The notes under the pieces were generated by a model. That model had not been told where the DNA came from. It saw nothing but the letters and a program-made list of their open reading frames with translations, and did no database searches. Shown here in pieces: positions 19,660 through 29,478 of a DNA stretch of 64,000 nucleotides. A program made the position numbers and the translations under genes. Source of the stretch: Sedimentisphaerales bacterium (GTDB taxonomy: Bacteria > Planctomycetota > Phycisphaerae > Sedimentisphaerales > SM23-30); contig CAXXMR010000013.1 of assembly GCA_963663805.2 (NCBI GenBank), positions 352,001-416,000 on the forward strand, given 5' to 3'. Position 1 is the stretch's first letter, and each line of letters begins with the position of its first letter.

Positions 19660-19814
19660 GGGAGAAACTGTTCCTTACAAACAACGACAATATTTAACCG
19701 CGGATTACACGGATTGTCGCGGATTATTAACGGCAAGTATAGGATGTGTTAGCAAAACTACTTACTTGCGTAATACCATAACTAACGTAAGTCAGATGAA
19801 TTTCTGGTTCCTTT

Positions 19815-21770
19815 TTATTTAGTTTTGGGGTTTTGCATGTAATAGAGGTATCCATCTTCGGCACCGATGAGCAGGTCGGGGATATTGTTATTGTCCCAAT
19901 CGACGGTTGTGGGGCTGGTGGTGTGGCCGGCAAGTTTTTTGTCGGATACCTGTCCCTTGTTAAGGAGGTAGATTTTGCCGTTTACTTCTTTTACGTTCTG
20001 ATAGAAATCGACGTTTTTGCTGTTAGCGAGCAGGTCGAGTTTGCCGTCCATGTCCCAGTCGGTCAGGCAGATTTTACGGCGCCCGCTGCGCCCGGCAGTT
20101 TTGGGATTGAGCTGGAGTGGTTTGCCGGTTTCGGCGTCGTAGAAAATACGTTTGCCGGGCATGAGAATGAGTTTTTTGTGGGCGTGTTTACGTTCATAAT
20201 AAGCGAGATAGCCTTCCTGGTCGAGCATGACGAGGTCCATGAGGCCATCTTTGTTGAGGTCGTACATTAGGGGTGTTGTACGCCATTGGGTCACGAGGTG
20301 TTTGTCTTCGGGTTTCCACCAGTTCCATTGGGGGTAGGGTGTTTGGCCGGGATAATCGACCAGTACGGGCTGGGCAGCGGCGAGTTTGGGCTGGGTTTTG
20401 GTGCCGATATTGCGATACCACATGATCTTGCACCAGATGGAATTTATCATGATGTCGTTGAGTCCGTCACCATCCCAATCGGCGACACTTAAAGTTGTGT
20501 AGCCCCATTTTGACTCAGCGGGCCCCTGGATAGAGCCTTTTTCGCCGGCCTGGATATGGATTACTTTGCCGTCGACTTCGAGGCAAACAGGTTCGGCCCA
20601 GCGGGGATTTGTTCCGCCGCTGAGATTTTCGATGAAGCCGATATAGCCAGCAGTGTTACCGCAGATTAAATCTTCGTCGCCGTCGCTGTCCCAGTCAATG
20701 CTGTAAGGTGTGACCAGGGCACCGAATTTAATTTCATCGGCCTGCTGGCGGAAGAAAAAGGGCAACTCAAACTGCGGCATATTGTCGATGACCTTGCCGG
20801 TGTTTTTCATCAGGGCCACGCGGCCGTCTTCCTGACCGACGATAATGTCGATGTTGCCGTCGTTGTCCCAGTCGATTGCCGTGGGGACGATCATTTCGAG
20901 GTCCATGGTAATCATCTGGCCATTGTGAGTGAGGAATTTAGACGCGGCATAAACGGGTTTTTCGCGTGTGCCGGTATTTTCGAACCAGTAGAACTTATCG
21001 ACGAAATTGCCGCAAATCAGGTCGAGATCGCCGTCGTTGTCGAAGTCGGCAAAACTGGGTGAAGGCATTCCATAGGTGTCGATGGGTTTGCCGCCAGCCT
21101 GAATCTGGACGGGGGGTTCGTATTCGGGTTTTGCGGTGGTGGCTTTGTTACGCATGAGATAGACATATCCGTGCAGCGGGCCATTGGTCCAGTTGCCATC
21201 CTGATCGAAGGCATTGTCCCAGCCGTAATCATGCCAGAAGCCGACGCCGGCGACGAGGTCGAGTTTGCCGTCGTTGTCGTAGTCAACATATTTCCATTGT
21301 TCGGCGCGGGTTTTGCCGACTGATTTGTAGAAGTCGGGCTGGGGGTAAATGTCAGTAGTTTTACCGAATTTGTTATTGACGAAATCTACCAGTTCTTTTC
21401 CCGCCAGGAGTATACGGGGTTTGCCGTCGATGTAGCAAATCTGGATGTTTTTGAAACCTTCCGCGATTTTTACGGCAGGAGCGAACAGGGTGGTCTGATT
21501 TTTTTCGGCTATATTCTCAAAAAAGTACATACCATTGTAAGGGGTGTCACTGCAGGAGACGAGCAGGTCGTTATCTCCGTCGGCGTCGTAGTCCAGAGGC
21601 AGGGGCCAGGCCCAGAGACCAACGCCGAGATCTACAATCAGGCCGGGATTGTTATATTTGATTCGTGTCGGTTCAGCTGCGGGGCAGGTTAGGGCAAGGA
21701 AGAAGATTACCGCAATGCCAACCACGAGAATGTCCGATAATAATTTTTTATGAACGTATTTGTTGCTCAT
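19815..21770 (-). CDS. Secreted FG-GAP/VCBS-repeat beta-propeller protein
   Basis: Repeated DxDxDGxxDL motifs and a signal peptide. Confidence 0.88.
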   Translation of the reverse strand: MSNKYVHKKLLSDILVVGIAVIFFLALTCPAAEPTRIKYNNPGLIVDLGVGLWAWPLPLDYDADGDNDLLVSCSDTPYNGMYFFENIAEKNQTTLFAPAVKIAEGFKNIQICYIDGKPRILLAGKELVDFVNNKFGKTTDIYPQPDFYKSVGKTRAEQWKYVDYDNDGKLDLVAGVGFWHDYGWDNAFDQDGNWTNGPLHGYVYLMRNKATTAKPEYEPPVQIQAGGKPIDTYGMPSPSFADFDNDGDLDLICGNFVDKFYWFENTGTREKPVYAASKFLTHNGQMITMDLEMIVPTAIDWDNDGNIDIIVGQEDGRVALMKNTGKVIDNMPQFELPFFFRQQADEIKFGALVTPYSIDWDSDGDEDLICGNTAGYIGFIENLSGGTNPRWAEPVCLEVDGKVIHIQAGEKGSIQGPAESKWGYTTLSVADWDGDGLNDIMINSIWCKIMWYRNIGTKTQPKLAAAQPVLVDYPGQTPYPQWNWWKPEDKHLVTQWRTTPLMYDLNKDGLMDLVMLDQEGYLAYYERKHAHKKLILMPGKRIFYDAETGKPLQLNPKTAGRSGRRKICLTDWDMDGKLDLLANSKNVDFYQNVKEVNGKIYLLNKGQVSDKKLAGHTTSPTTVDWDNNNIPDLLIGAEDGYLYYMQNPKTK

Positions 21771-21793
21771 TAGATTATGTCTCCAATTAATAA

Positions 21794-23344
21794 TTATTTC
21801 CAAACTGTCAGGTCGCTGGCCAGTTGGGTTTTTCTTCCCAGGATTTTACCTGAGATGAACGCGGTTACAAACATTACTACGTTTCCGACGAGCGTGGTGT
21901 AATATAAATCAAACGGTATACTAAGATTTTCGGGCAGCAGATTCTTTTTTGCCAAGACTGTCCAGATTGTGAAAGCTATTGTGCAGACGATACCGATGAG
22001 TACGGCACGGTAATCACCGCAGCGGGTGAAGAAGCCGAGCATGTAAATACCCAGCAGTCCGCCGCCGACGATGCCCATAAGGATATTAGCGGTATCTTGC
22101 AGGGTTTTGGTTTTTACGTCAACGAGGATGATCGCGCCAGCCATCATGAGTACTGCTACGACCGTGGCTACCGCCCAGGCAATGTGCAGGTAGTGCTTGT
22201 CATTTTTGTTTTTTACGAAGAAGCGTTTGTAGACATCCATTACGAACGAAGTGGAGATGGAGTTGATACTGCTGTCCAGCGATGACATTGAGGCCGCCAG
22301 CGCCGAGGCGATTACCAGGCCGGTTAGGCCGGCGGGCAGATATTCAATGATGAAATACGGAAAAATTTGTTCGGCTTTGCTGACGCCATCCAGAATGTCT
22401 GTGGATGTCGCACAGGGAAAAACATGAAAAAACGCGAACAGGGCCGTTCCCAGAAACATGTAGAACGCCCAGATGGGCAGTGACGCCAGCACGGCAACCA
22501 GCATTGCTTTGCGGGCTTCGTGGGTATTTTTGGCGGTGAAGTAACGCTGGATAATCGACTGGTTCCCGCTGTATTCGGTTAGCCATCCGTTCAGGCCGAG
22601 GATAAAGAGCATCAGAATGGTTTTCTGGCCGAGCGAAAAGCCCCAGGGGATAGGAGTTAGTTTGCCGTCGATTAGTTCGTGGGCGCTGAGCTTGTGGTAT
22701 TCCTGAGCGATGTCGAAAATCTGGCCAAAGCCGCCGGGCAGTTTGCCGACGATAACGGCCAAAGTGATTATTCCGCCGAAGCAAAGTACGATTGTCTGGA
22801 TAACGTCAGTCCAGATTACAGCATCGATTCCACCGATGATGGTGTAAAGCGAAACGCAGACCCCGGCGATGATAATACACCATTTGGGGTTGATGCCGAG
22901 TACTTCATGGAACAGCAGCGAAACCAGATAAAGGATGATACTTACCCGGAGTAACTGCCCGATGATGAACGCCGCGGAAGCGTAAAGGCGGATTGAGGAA
23001 CCAAATCTATCTTCCAGGTATTCGTAGGCTGAAAAACCCTGCTTCTGCCGCCGGAAAAAGGGCAGGAAGACATAGGCTGCAATAAAAACGCCGATAGGCA
23101 AAGCCAGGCAGGCGATGAATCTTATCCATGAGGTTTTGAAAGAATCCGCCGGATATGCCAGAAAAGTTACTGAACTAATAGATGTCCCAACCAGACTGAG
23201 CCCGATTACCCAGCCGGAAAAAGACCTGCCGCCAACAAAATATTCTTCGGTACTGTTGTTCTTTTTCGAAAAGTAAAAACCCATCCAGGCCATCGCCGCC
23301 ATATAAATCAGCAGTACAATAACATCCAGCACTTCCAGTCTCAT
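21794..23344 (-). CDS. Sodium:solute symporter (SSS family, SiaT-like)
   Basis: EEYFVGGR, SAYEYLEDRF, GGIDAVIWTDVIQ, IQRY, AASMSSLDSSINS. Confidence 0.93.
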   Translation of the reverse strand: MRLEVLDVIVLLIYMAAMAWMGFYFSKKNNSTEEYFVGGRSFSGWVIGLSLVGTSISSVTFLAYPADSFKTSWIRFIACLALPIGVFIAAYVFLPFFRRQKQGFSAYEYLEDRFGSSIRLYASAAFIIGQLLRVSIILYLVSLLFHEVLGINPKWCIIIAGVCVSLYTIIGGIDAVIWTDVIQTIVLCFGGIITLAVIVGKLPGGFGQIFDIAQEYHKLSAHELIDGKLTPIPWGFSLGQKTILMLFILGLNGWLTEYSGNQSIIQRYFTAKNTHEARKAMLVAVLASLPIWAFYMFLGTALFAFFHVFPCATSTDILDGVSKAEQIFPYFIIEYLPAGLTGLVIASALAASMSSLDSSINSISTSFVMDVYKRFFVKNKNDKHYLHIAWAVATVVAVLMMAGAIILVDVKTKTLQDTANILMGIVGGGLLGIYMLGFFTRCGDYRAVLIGIVCTIAFTIWTVLAKKNLLPENLSIPFDLYYTTLVGNVVMFVTAFISGKILGRKTQLASDLTVWK

Positions 23345-23425
23345 AAGCCTTTTTCCTAATATATTTTCTCGGTAGAAGGGGCGGACGGTCCGCCCCCCGC
23401 AGGGGGAGTCGAATTGCCTATAGGG

Positions 23426-24469
23426 TTAAATTCGGGCGACACTTCCACGCTCGATGAGAGTAGAAGTCACCCTTTTGATTTGGATTTCATTATGATTGCC
23501 CTTGATGCGGTCGAGCAGGGTTTCGACCATCATTTCGGCAACCTCGTTGATATGGCCGTCCATCGTGGTAAGCGGGGGATTGCTTACCTCTGTCTGGGGC
23601 AGTCCGTCGAAACCCACCAGGGAAATGTCGTCGGGAACTTTCAGGCCGTGCCGCTGGATTGCAGCCAGAGCTTCTAACGCAACTTCGTCATTGTGACAGA
23701 AAAATGCGGTGGGCAGGTCGTCGGGGCGTTCTGCGATAAGTTTGTCCATAAGCTTAAAGCCATGCCCCATGAAACATTGACCTTCCAGAATGTCGCGGGC
23801 GAAAACCGGCAGGTCCAGTTCCATCATGGCTTCCTGGAAGCCCCGCCATCTGGTTAGGCCGCTCATATTGTTGGCATTAGGCGGACAGGCCAGATATCCG
23901 ATACGCCGATGCCCATGCTGATAGAGATACTTGACGACTTCTTTGCAGGCGGAGCAGTTGTCCTGTTCGATAGTGTCAGAAATCATATTGTCTTTGGCGG
24001 TCAGGGTAACAATGGGCAGGTGGCAGCGAAAAATTTCGAAATAGTCCTCGACGTGCTGGTCGATGGTAAATGGTGCCAGTATAAGTCCTTCGATGTGACC
24101 GCTGTTGAAGATCTCAAAGCACTGGTGAATTTTTTCGTGGCTGCGGTTGCCCATTCCCAGCATGATTGTGTAGCCTCGTTCGGTCAAAGCGTGTTCAATT
24201 GCGCTTACCAGTTCGGCAAACCAGGGATTGGTGATTTCGGTGGTGATTAGTACGCCTATTACTTTGGTGGATTTCTTTTTGAGGGCGCGGGCCAGCATGT
24301 TGGGGCGGTACCCCATGAGCTTAGCCTGCTGCTGCACTCTTTTTATTGTTTGCTGATTTACGCCTTTGATGCCGCGCAGGGCCCGGCTGACTGTGGCGGT
24401 GCTGAGGTTCAGCTGCTCAGCGATAGTGTTTATCGTGGCTGGTTGTTTCATATTCATTTCCTTTTGCAT
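23426..24469 (-). CDS. LacI-family transcriptional regulator
   Basis: HTH TI..IA..LNLS.ATVSRAL; YRPN.LAR.L; VPDDISLVGFD..PPLTT. Confidence 0.95.
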   Translation of the reverse strand: MQKEMNMKQPATINTIAEQLNLSTATVSRALRGIKGVNQQTIKRVQQQAKLMGYRPNMLARALKKKSTKVIGVLITTEITNPWFAELVSAIEHALTERGYTIMLGMGNRSHEKIHQCFEIFNSGHIEGLILAPFTIDQHVEDYFEIFRCHLPIVTLTAKDNMISDTIEQDNCSACKEVVKYLYQHGHRRIGYLACPPNANNMSGLTRWRGFQEAMMELDLPVFARDILEGQCFMGHGFKLMDKLIAERPDDLPTAFFCHNDEVALEALAAIQRHGLKVPDDISLVGFDGLPQTEVSNPPLTTMDGHINEVAEMMVETLLDRIKGNHNEIQIKRVTSTLIERGSVARI

Positions 24470-24601
24470 ACGAGTGAGTTAGTAACATGATAGCAAAAGG
24501 TAAAACCAATATCCAGTATCATTTCTGATTATTTATAATAGCTTTTGATTAAAGACGTTATGTCGTTAAGGCTTCTTGTTGCAGTCTTGCAACTACTTGC
24601 A

Positions 24602-24613
24602 GTAAACGTTTGC
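24602..24613. promoter_or_regulatory. Putative LacI-family operator upstream of the LacI gene
   Basis: GTAAACGTTTGC, a near-palindrome with central CG typical of LacI/GalR operators. Confidence 0.55.
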
Positions 24614-24645
24614 TATGTATGATTTTCCGGGGCCGGCAGGACATG

Positions 24646-24678
24646 AAAAAACGACCTCCTGTTTGAAAGAAGGTCGTT
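24646..24678 (-). terminator. Intrinsic terminator after tpx
   Basis: AACGACCT/AGGTCGTT stem with a U-run on the minus strand. Confidence 0.65.
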
Positions 24679-24708
24679 AAGTATGGGTATCCAAGTTGCT
24701 TATATAAG

Positions 24709-25224
24709 TTAGGTGAGTTTTTTAACAGCCTGAAGTGCGGCTTCGTAGTCGGGTTCGGTGGTGATTTCAGGAACCTGCTGCATATAGGCGATTTTACCGT
24801 CTTTGCTGATTACGAATACGGCACGGGCCAGGAGTCTAAGTTCTTTGATTAGCTGGCCATAGGCGTTGGCGAAGGAGGCCTCGCGATGGTCGCTAAGGGT
24901 GGTCAGGTTTTTGGCATCTGCGGCACCGCACCAGCGAGCTTGAGCGAAAGGCAGGTCCATACTGATGGTAAGTACCGCTATGTTGTCGCCCATAATCGCA
25001 GCTTCCTGATTGAAGCGGCGGGTCTGGATGTCACAGACCGGGGTGTCCAGCGAGGGCACGACAGATATTACGACGATTTTGCCTTTGACCTCCGTCAGAG
25101 AGAATGGCGACAGGTCGTTTTTGAGGGCCTGGAAATCCGGGGCGGCATCGCCCACCTTTAAGGAGGGGCCGACGAGGGTAAGGCTGTTGCCATGAAACGT
25201 GATAAATCCTTTTCTTTCAGTCAT
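24709..25224 (-). CDS. tpx: Thiol peroxidase
   Basis: VPSLDTPVCDIQTRRFN, SMDLPFAQARWCGA, LLARAVFV. Confidence 0.96.
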   Translation of the reverse strand: MTERKGFITFHGNSLTLVGPSLKVGDAAPDFQALKNDLSPFSLTEVKGKIVVISVVPSLDTPVCDIQTRRFNQEAAIMGDNIAVLTISMDLPFAQARWCGAADAKNLTTLSDHREASFANAYGQLIKELRLLARAVFVISKDGKIAYMQQVPEITTEPDYEAALQAVKKLT

Positions 25225-25280
25225 TTAAAAATCCTTTCGCGAGTGTTCTGCTGCTTAGGCAGGGCCAGAAATCTGCCGGG

Positions 25281-26516
25281 TTAAAATTGCATTAGTCTAA
25301 CTTTTACGTTTGTTGCTGATATTATAGGCCTGTTTTTATAAGAAAACCAGTTTTGGGTTTTCAGGCAGATTTTGACCAGCATGAGCATCACCGGTACTTC
25401 AATGAGTACTCCCACTACTGTTGCCAGGGCAGCGCCGGATGAGAGCCCGAACAACATTACCGCGGTTGCGATGGCGACTTCAAAATGATTTGATGCGTCT
25501 ATCATTGCTGAAGGAGCCGCATCTTCATAGGCCAAACCCAGGATGCGGGAAAGGGCATATCCCAGTGCGAAAATAAACACTGTTTGGAGAAATAGCGGTA
25601 CTGCTATCCAGAGGATTGTGAGGGGGTTGCTCAGTATTATTTCACCTTTGAAAGAAAACAGCAGTACCAGAGTTGCCAGCAGAGCGACGATGGTAATGGG
25701 GGTCAGGATATGGAGAAATTTTTCCTGAAACCATTGTCGTCCGCGGGTTGCGATAATCCATTTTCGGGTAAAAAAGCCGGTGACCAGCGGCAAAGCTACA
25801 TATATCGCTACGGAAAGCAACAACGCCTGCCAGGGCACAGGAAGTCGGCCTACCCCCAGCAGGTATCCTCCCAGGATTCCGTAGAGCAAGAGCATCGCTA
25901 GCGAATTGATCGCGACCATAACCAGTGTGTGCCCGGCGTTTCCTTGGGCAAGATGTCCCCAGACCAGTACCATAGCTGTACAAGGGGCGATACCGAGCAG
26001 AATACATCCGGCAAGATAGCTGCGCCAGAGCGGTATCTGGAGCATTTTTTCACCATTATGGATTACTACTTCCCCTGCTCCATAGTTTTCTCCAATTTGC
26101 ATATCAGTGCCCAGCGGCAGTTTGACAAAGTCTTTTGCTTCCGGTCCAATCAGGCCGTAAAAAACTGTTCCCAGGAAAAAAAGGGCCAGGGCGTACATTG
26201 TAAACGGTTTGATTGCCCAATTGATAAACAGTGTCAGAGAGACCGGCTTCAGGCTTTTTCCTGCTTTGACAACTTCGGCAAAATCTATTTTGACCATTAT
26301 CGGGTACATCATAAAGAAAAGGCAAACCGCGATAGGTATCGATACTACTGGTGCCTCTCCAATATAGATTGCCATCGAATCGAGCTTGAGGGCTAAGTGT
26401 GGGGCGAATTTGCCCAGGAAGATACCACCGGCTATACACAGCAGGATCCAGACAGTGAGATATTTTTCAAAAAGGCTTAGGCCTTTTTCTGCATGTCCTG
26501 GTTTTTGAACGCTCAT
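25281..26516 (-). CDS. acr3: ACR3-family arsenite efflux transporter
   Basis: [55 protein letters not shown]. Confidence 0.95.
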   Translation of the reverse strand: MSVQKPGHAEKGLSLFEKYLTVWILLCIAGGIFLGKFAPHLALKLDSMAIYIGEAPVVSIPIAVCLFFMMYPIMVKIDFAEVVKAGKSLKPVSLTLFINWAIKPFTMYALALFFLGTVFYGLIGPEAKDFVKLPLGTDMQIGENYGAGEVVIHNGEKMLQIPLWRSYLAGCILLGIAPCTAMVLVWGHLAQGNAGHTLVMVAINSLAMLLLYGILGGYLLGVGRLPVPWQALLLSVAIYVALPLVTGFFTRKWIIATRGRQWFQEKFLHILTPITIVALLATLVLLFSFKGEIILSNPLTILWIAVPLFLQTVFIFALGYALSRILGLAYEDAAPSAMIDASNHFEVAIATAVMLFGLSSGAALATVVGVLIEVPVMLMLVKICLKTQNWFSYKNRPIISATNVKVRLMQF

Positions 26517-26528
26517 GTTGACATTCCT

Positions 26529-26963
26529 TTATTGGGAGATGAGGGAGTCCGGTAAGGTCAGGATATATTCTTTGATTTGGTCGCGAACTTTTCGGTAGCA
26601 GTCGAGCTGTTTTTCTGGGGCGTCTATGTTTTGAGCGAGTTTGGGCGGGTCATCGAAGCCAACGTGGATTATGCGGGCTTTTTGGGGAAAAACGGGGCAG
26701 TTTTCGTGGGCATGGCCGCAGACGGTGATTACGTAGTCGAAATTGATGTGGGTGAATTCGCTTACGTTTTGGGACTTCTGGGCCGTGATGTCAATGCCTG
26801 CTTCAGCCATGACTTTTACCGCCGAGGGGTTCAGGCCGTGGGTTTCGATGCCCGCGGAGTATGCTTCGATTTGATCGCCGCGCAGGGCACGGGCAAACCC
26901 TTCAGCCATCTGGGAACGGCAGGAATTACCGGTGCAAAGGAATAAAACTTTCAGCTTTGACAT
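26529..26963 (-). CDS. arsC: Arsenate reductase (LMW-PTP, thioredoxin-coupled)
   Basis: FLCTGNSCRSQMAEG, TVC..A.ENCP.FP, FDDP. Confidence 0.93.
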   Translation of the reverse strand: MSKLKVLFLCTGNSCRSQMAEGFARALRGDQIEAYSAGIETHGLNPSAVKVMAEAGIDITAQKSQNVSEFTHINFDYVITVCGHAHENCPVFPQKARIIHVGFDDPPKLAQNIDAPEKQLDCYRKVRDQIKEYILTLPDSLISQ

Positions 26964-27012
26964 TTTTTGCAGAGCTCCTCTTTATCGATTTTGATTATTT
27001 GTTCTATTTTCA

Positions 27013-27034
27013 TATTTCGTCACATATCGGAATA
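27013..27034. promoter_or_regulatory. Inverted repeat upstream of arsC, candidate ArsR-type operator
   Basis: TATTTCG-N8-CGGAATA (one mismatch), ~50 bp before the arsC start. Confidence 0.45.
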
Positions 27035-27135
27035 ATTATAGAACGTGTATCCGCATAGGCAAGCCAGAGGATGGTTAGAATCCAGTTGGAGTGTGAAATT
27101 TATAACAAGGCCATCGTCAACCACTTTCGAGCCAT

Positions 27136-27169
27136 AAAAAAAGGTCGTCGTAAAGAATTACGGCGACCT
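27136..27169 (-). terminator. Intrinsic terminator
   Basis: AGGTCGTCGTAA/TTACGGCGACCT stem with a U7 tail on the minus strand. Confidence 0.75.
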
Positions 27170-27252
27170 CAAACTGAATGGATCCCGGCATTGCCCTGTT
27201 AGATTTGCCTCCGAGCAATGTGGGCCGAAAGCCTAAATTAAATAAAAGCGAC

Positions 27253-27831
27253 TCAATGTATAATAGACAAGGCGTCGCTGATACTGTCAATCATTTGTCT
27301 AATCTCGAAGGGACGGCAAAGGTAGCTATCGAAACCCTGCTGCATTAGAGCCTGGCCTTCTCCTTCGGTTAAAGCGGACGTAATAGCGATTATTCTGGTA
27401 CTTTGCAGTTCGGTATTTTCATGAATCAGTTGGCAGATTCTTTTGACATTAATATCTTCGAGCATTACATCAATGAAAATTACGTGCGGATTGAATTTTT
27501 CGGCGATAACCCCGGCGTCAAAACCACATTCGGCGATGCGAACTTCGTAGCGACCGTCGCGTTCAAGGGCATCGGCCAGCGTCTGGGTAATTTCGGCATT
27601 GTCCTGCACCAGCATAATACGGCTGGTGCCCCCGTCTATGCCGTTAAGAGGGATATTATGAGCCCGCATAAAACGAATCAGCTGGTCCAGAGGAATGCGG
27701 CGGTCCTTACTGCCCGGTATCCGGTAGCCCCGCAGACGGCCTGAATCAAACCATTTGGAAACTGTGCGAGGGGCAACGTTGCAAATCTTGGCTACCTGCC
27801 CGGTTGTCAGTACATCTTTTTTCTTATCCAT
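27253..27831 (-). CDS. Excisionase-type HTH plus receiver-domain response regulator (planctomycete type)
   Basis: LTTGQVAKICNVAPRTVSKWFDSG.L.GYRIPGSKDRRIP followed by a REC domain. Confidence 0.9.
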   Translation of the reverse strand: MDKKKDVLTTGQVAKICNVAPRTVSKWFDSGRLRGYRIPGSKDRRIPLDQLIRFMRAHNIPLNGIDGGTSRIMLVQDNAEITQTLADALERDGRYEVRIAECGFDAGVIAEKFNPHVIFIDVMLEDINVKRICQLIHENTELQSTRIIAITSALTEGEGQALMQQGFDSYLCRPFEIRQMIDSISDALSIIH

Positions 27832-28296
27832 AATACCTTATTTCGAACCAGCCGGCTCGATTAGCTCCTGTGCGTTGGAGTTTCTCTACCTCCGCCGGGT
27901 ACTACTTAGTGACGCCAGCGACTAATCCATTCAACAGTACCTGATTCGACCGGATAGGGGGGGAAGTTAAGCAGTAAAACCGATAAGAGGGCAGTTTTAT
28001 TATCCAGTGGTGGGCCCATACAGGGCAAGCCTTCTGAAAAAATAGCCATCAGAACAAAAAAAGGATGTGGAAAACGGTGAAACAGGCCTGAAAACGCCCT
28101 ATTATCGGCGTTAATAGTATCTCAAAGGCAGATAACTCAAAAAAAATCGTGTCTTGAAAAGAAAAAAACGAGAGGGTTTTCCCCGGAAAAATTCTCTAAA
28201 ACTTCTCTTTCAGTAAAACCGCTGGCCGTTATAGGACCATGACGTCCAATCTAAATATATCCCTGGTGATCCAAGTGGGTTTAAGGGGGAGTAAAT

Positions 28297-28324
28297 AAAA
28301 AGGCACCTCCCGAAAGAGGTGCCT
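28297..28324 (-). terminator. Intrinsic terminator after fba
   Basis: AGGCACCTC/GAGGTGCCT stem plus U-run. Confidence 0.8.
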
Positions 28325-28359
28325 GGAAATTCACCTAACTAATGTTAGTTAGTATTCAA

Positions 28360-29310
28360 CTAGCGGCAGATGTCGGCTTTGCCGGCACAGCCCAGGACAT
28401 GGAGCTTACGCTGGACCATTTCTTTGATGGCGGTACGACCGGGGCCGAGATATTTGCGGGGGTCGAACTCCGCGGGGGTTTCGGCGAAAACCTGGCGAAT
28501 CTTGGCGGTCAGAGCCAAACGCAGGTCGGTGTCGATGTTGACCTTGCAGACAGCCATCTTGACCGCTTCAGCAATAGCGGATTCAGGTACGCCCATGGCG
28601 TTGGGCATCTTGCCGCCGTACTTGTTCACCAGGTCGATAAATTCCTTGGGTACACTGCTCGAACCGTGCATTACCAGCGGAAAACCGGGCAGACGTTTGC
28701 CGATTTCTTCGATTACATCCAAAGCCAACTTCGGCTCGGATGTGAATTTATAAGCGCCGTGACTCGTGCCGCAAGCAACTGCCAGCGAGTCACATTTGGA
28801 CTGTTTGACGAATTCTTCGGCCTCTGCCGGGTCGGTCACGTGCTTCATAACGTCCTCAGCCGAAACACCCACAACATCTTCTTCGATACCGCCCAGCTGG
28901 CCGATTTCGGCTTCGACAACCACACCCTTGGAGTGGGCATAATCAGCGACCTGCTTGGTAACAGCGACGTTTTCATCGAAGGAAGCGTGGGATTTATCGA
29001 TCATAACCGAGGTGAAACCATCATTAACGCAGGTTTCGCAAATCTCGAACGTATCGCCGTGGTCAAGGTGCATCGCGATGGGCAGGTCGCCGCTATCTTC
29101 GATACCGGCATCGATAAGGGCACGCAGGTACTTAATTTTGGCGTAAGAACGGGCACCCTTGGAAATCTGCAAAATGCAGGGGGCGTTCTCTTCCTTGCAG
29201 GCATCAATAATGGCCTGCATGATTTCCATGTTATTGACGTTGAACGCGCCAATAGCGAAACCGCCGTCGTAGGCTTGTTTGAACATTTTTTCGGTTGTTA
29301 CCAGAGGCAT
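28360..29310 (-). CDS. fba: Fructose-1,6-bisphosphate aldolase class II
   Basis: GAFNVNNME, MHLDHG, FTSVMID, GTSHGAYKF, VMHGSSS, KVNIDTDLR, FDPRKYL. Confidence 0.97.
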   Translation of the reverse strand: MPLVTTEKMFKQAYDGGFAIGAFNVNNMEIMQAIIDACKEENAPCILQISKGARSYAKIKYLRALIDAGIEDSGDLPIAMHLDHGDTFEICETCVNDGFTSVMIDKSHASFDENVAVTKQVADYAHSKGVVVEAEIGQLGGIEEDVVGVSAEDVMKHVTDPAEAEEFVKQSKCDSLAVACGTSHGAYKFTSEPKLALDVIEEIGKRLPGFPLVMHGSSSVPKEFIDLVNKYGGKMPNAMGVPESAIAEAVKMAVCKVNIDTDLRLALTAKIRQVFAETPAEFDPRKYLGPGRTAIKEMVQRKLHVLGCAGKADICR

Positions 29311-29478
29311 AGAAAGTCTCCTTATTCGGTGATTGGGCCGACCTAACGACCTGTTCAGTTTTTCACGTAACGCTTCCGCTTCCCCTGTACCAACACAGAG
29401 GCGTATGAAAGCTAATGGACCAGCAGCCCTGTGTCAAGCACATTGCTTAAAAACAGTCCCATAACGCTGATTAATACC

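Noticed and set aside
28102..28109. Sigma-28 promoter (GCCGATAA, minus strand)
   Set aside because: No TAAA/TCAA -35 at the proper spacing.
28342..29346. 334-aa + strand ORF
   Set aside because: Antisense shadow of fba.
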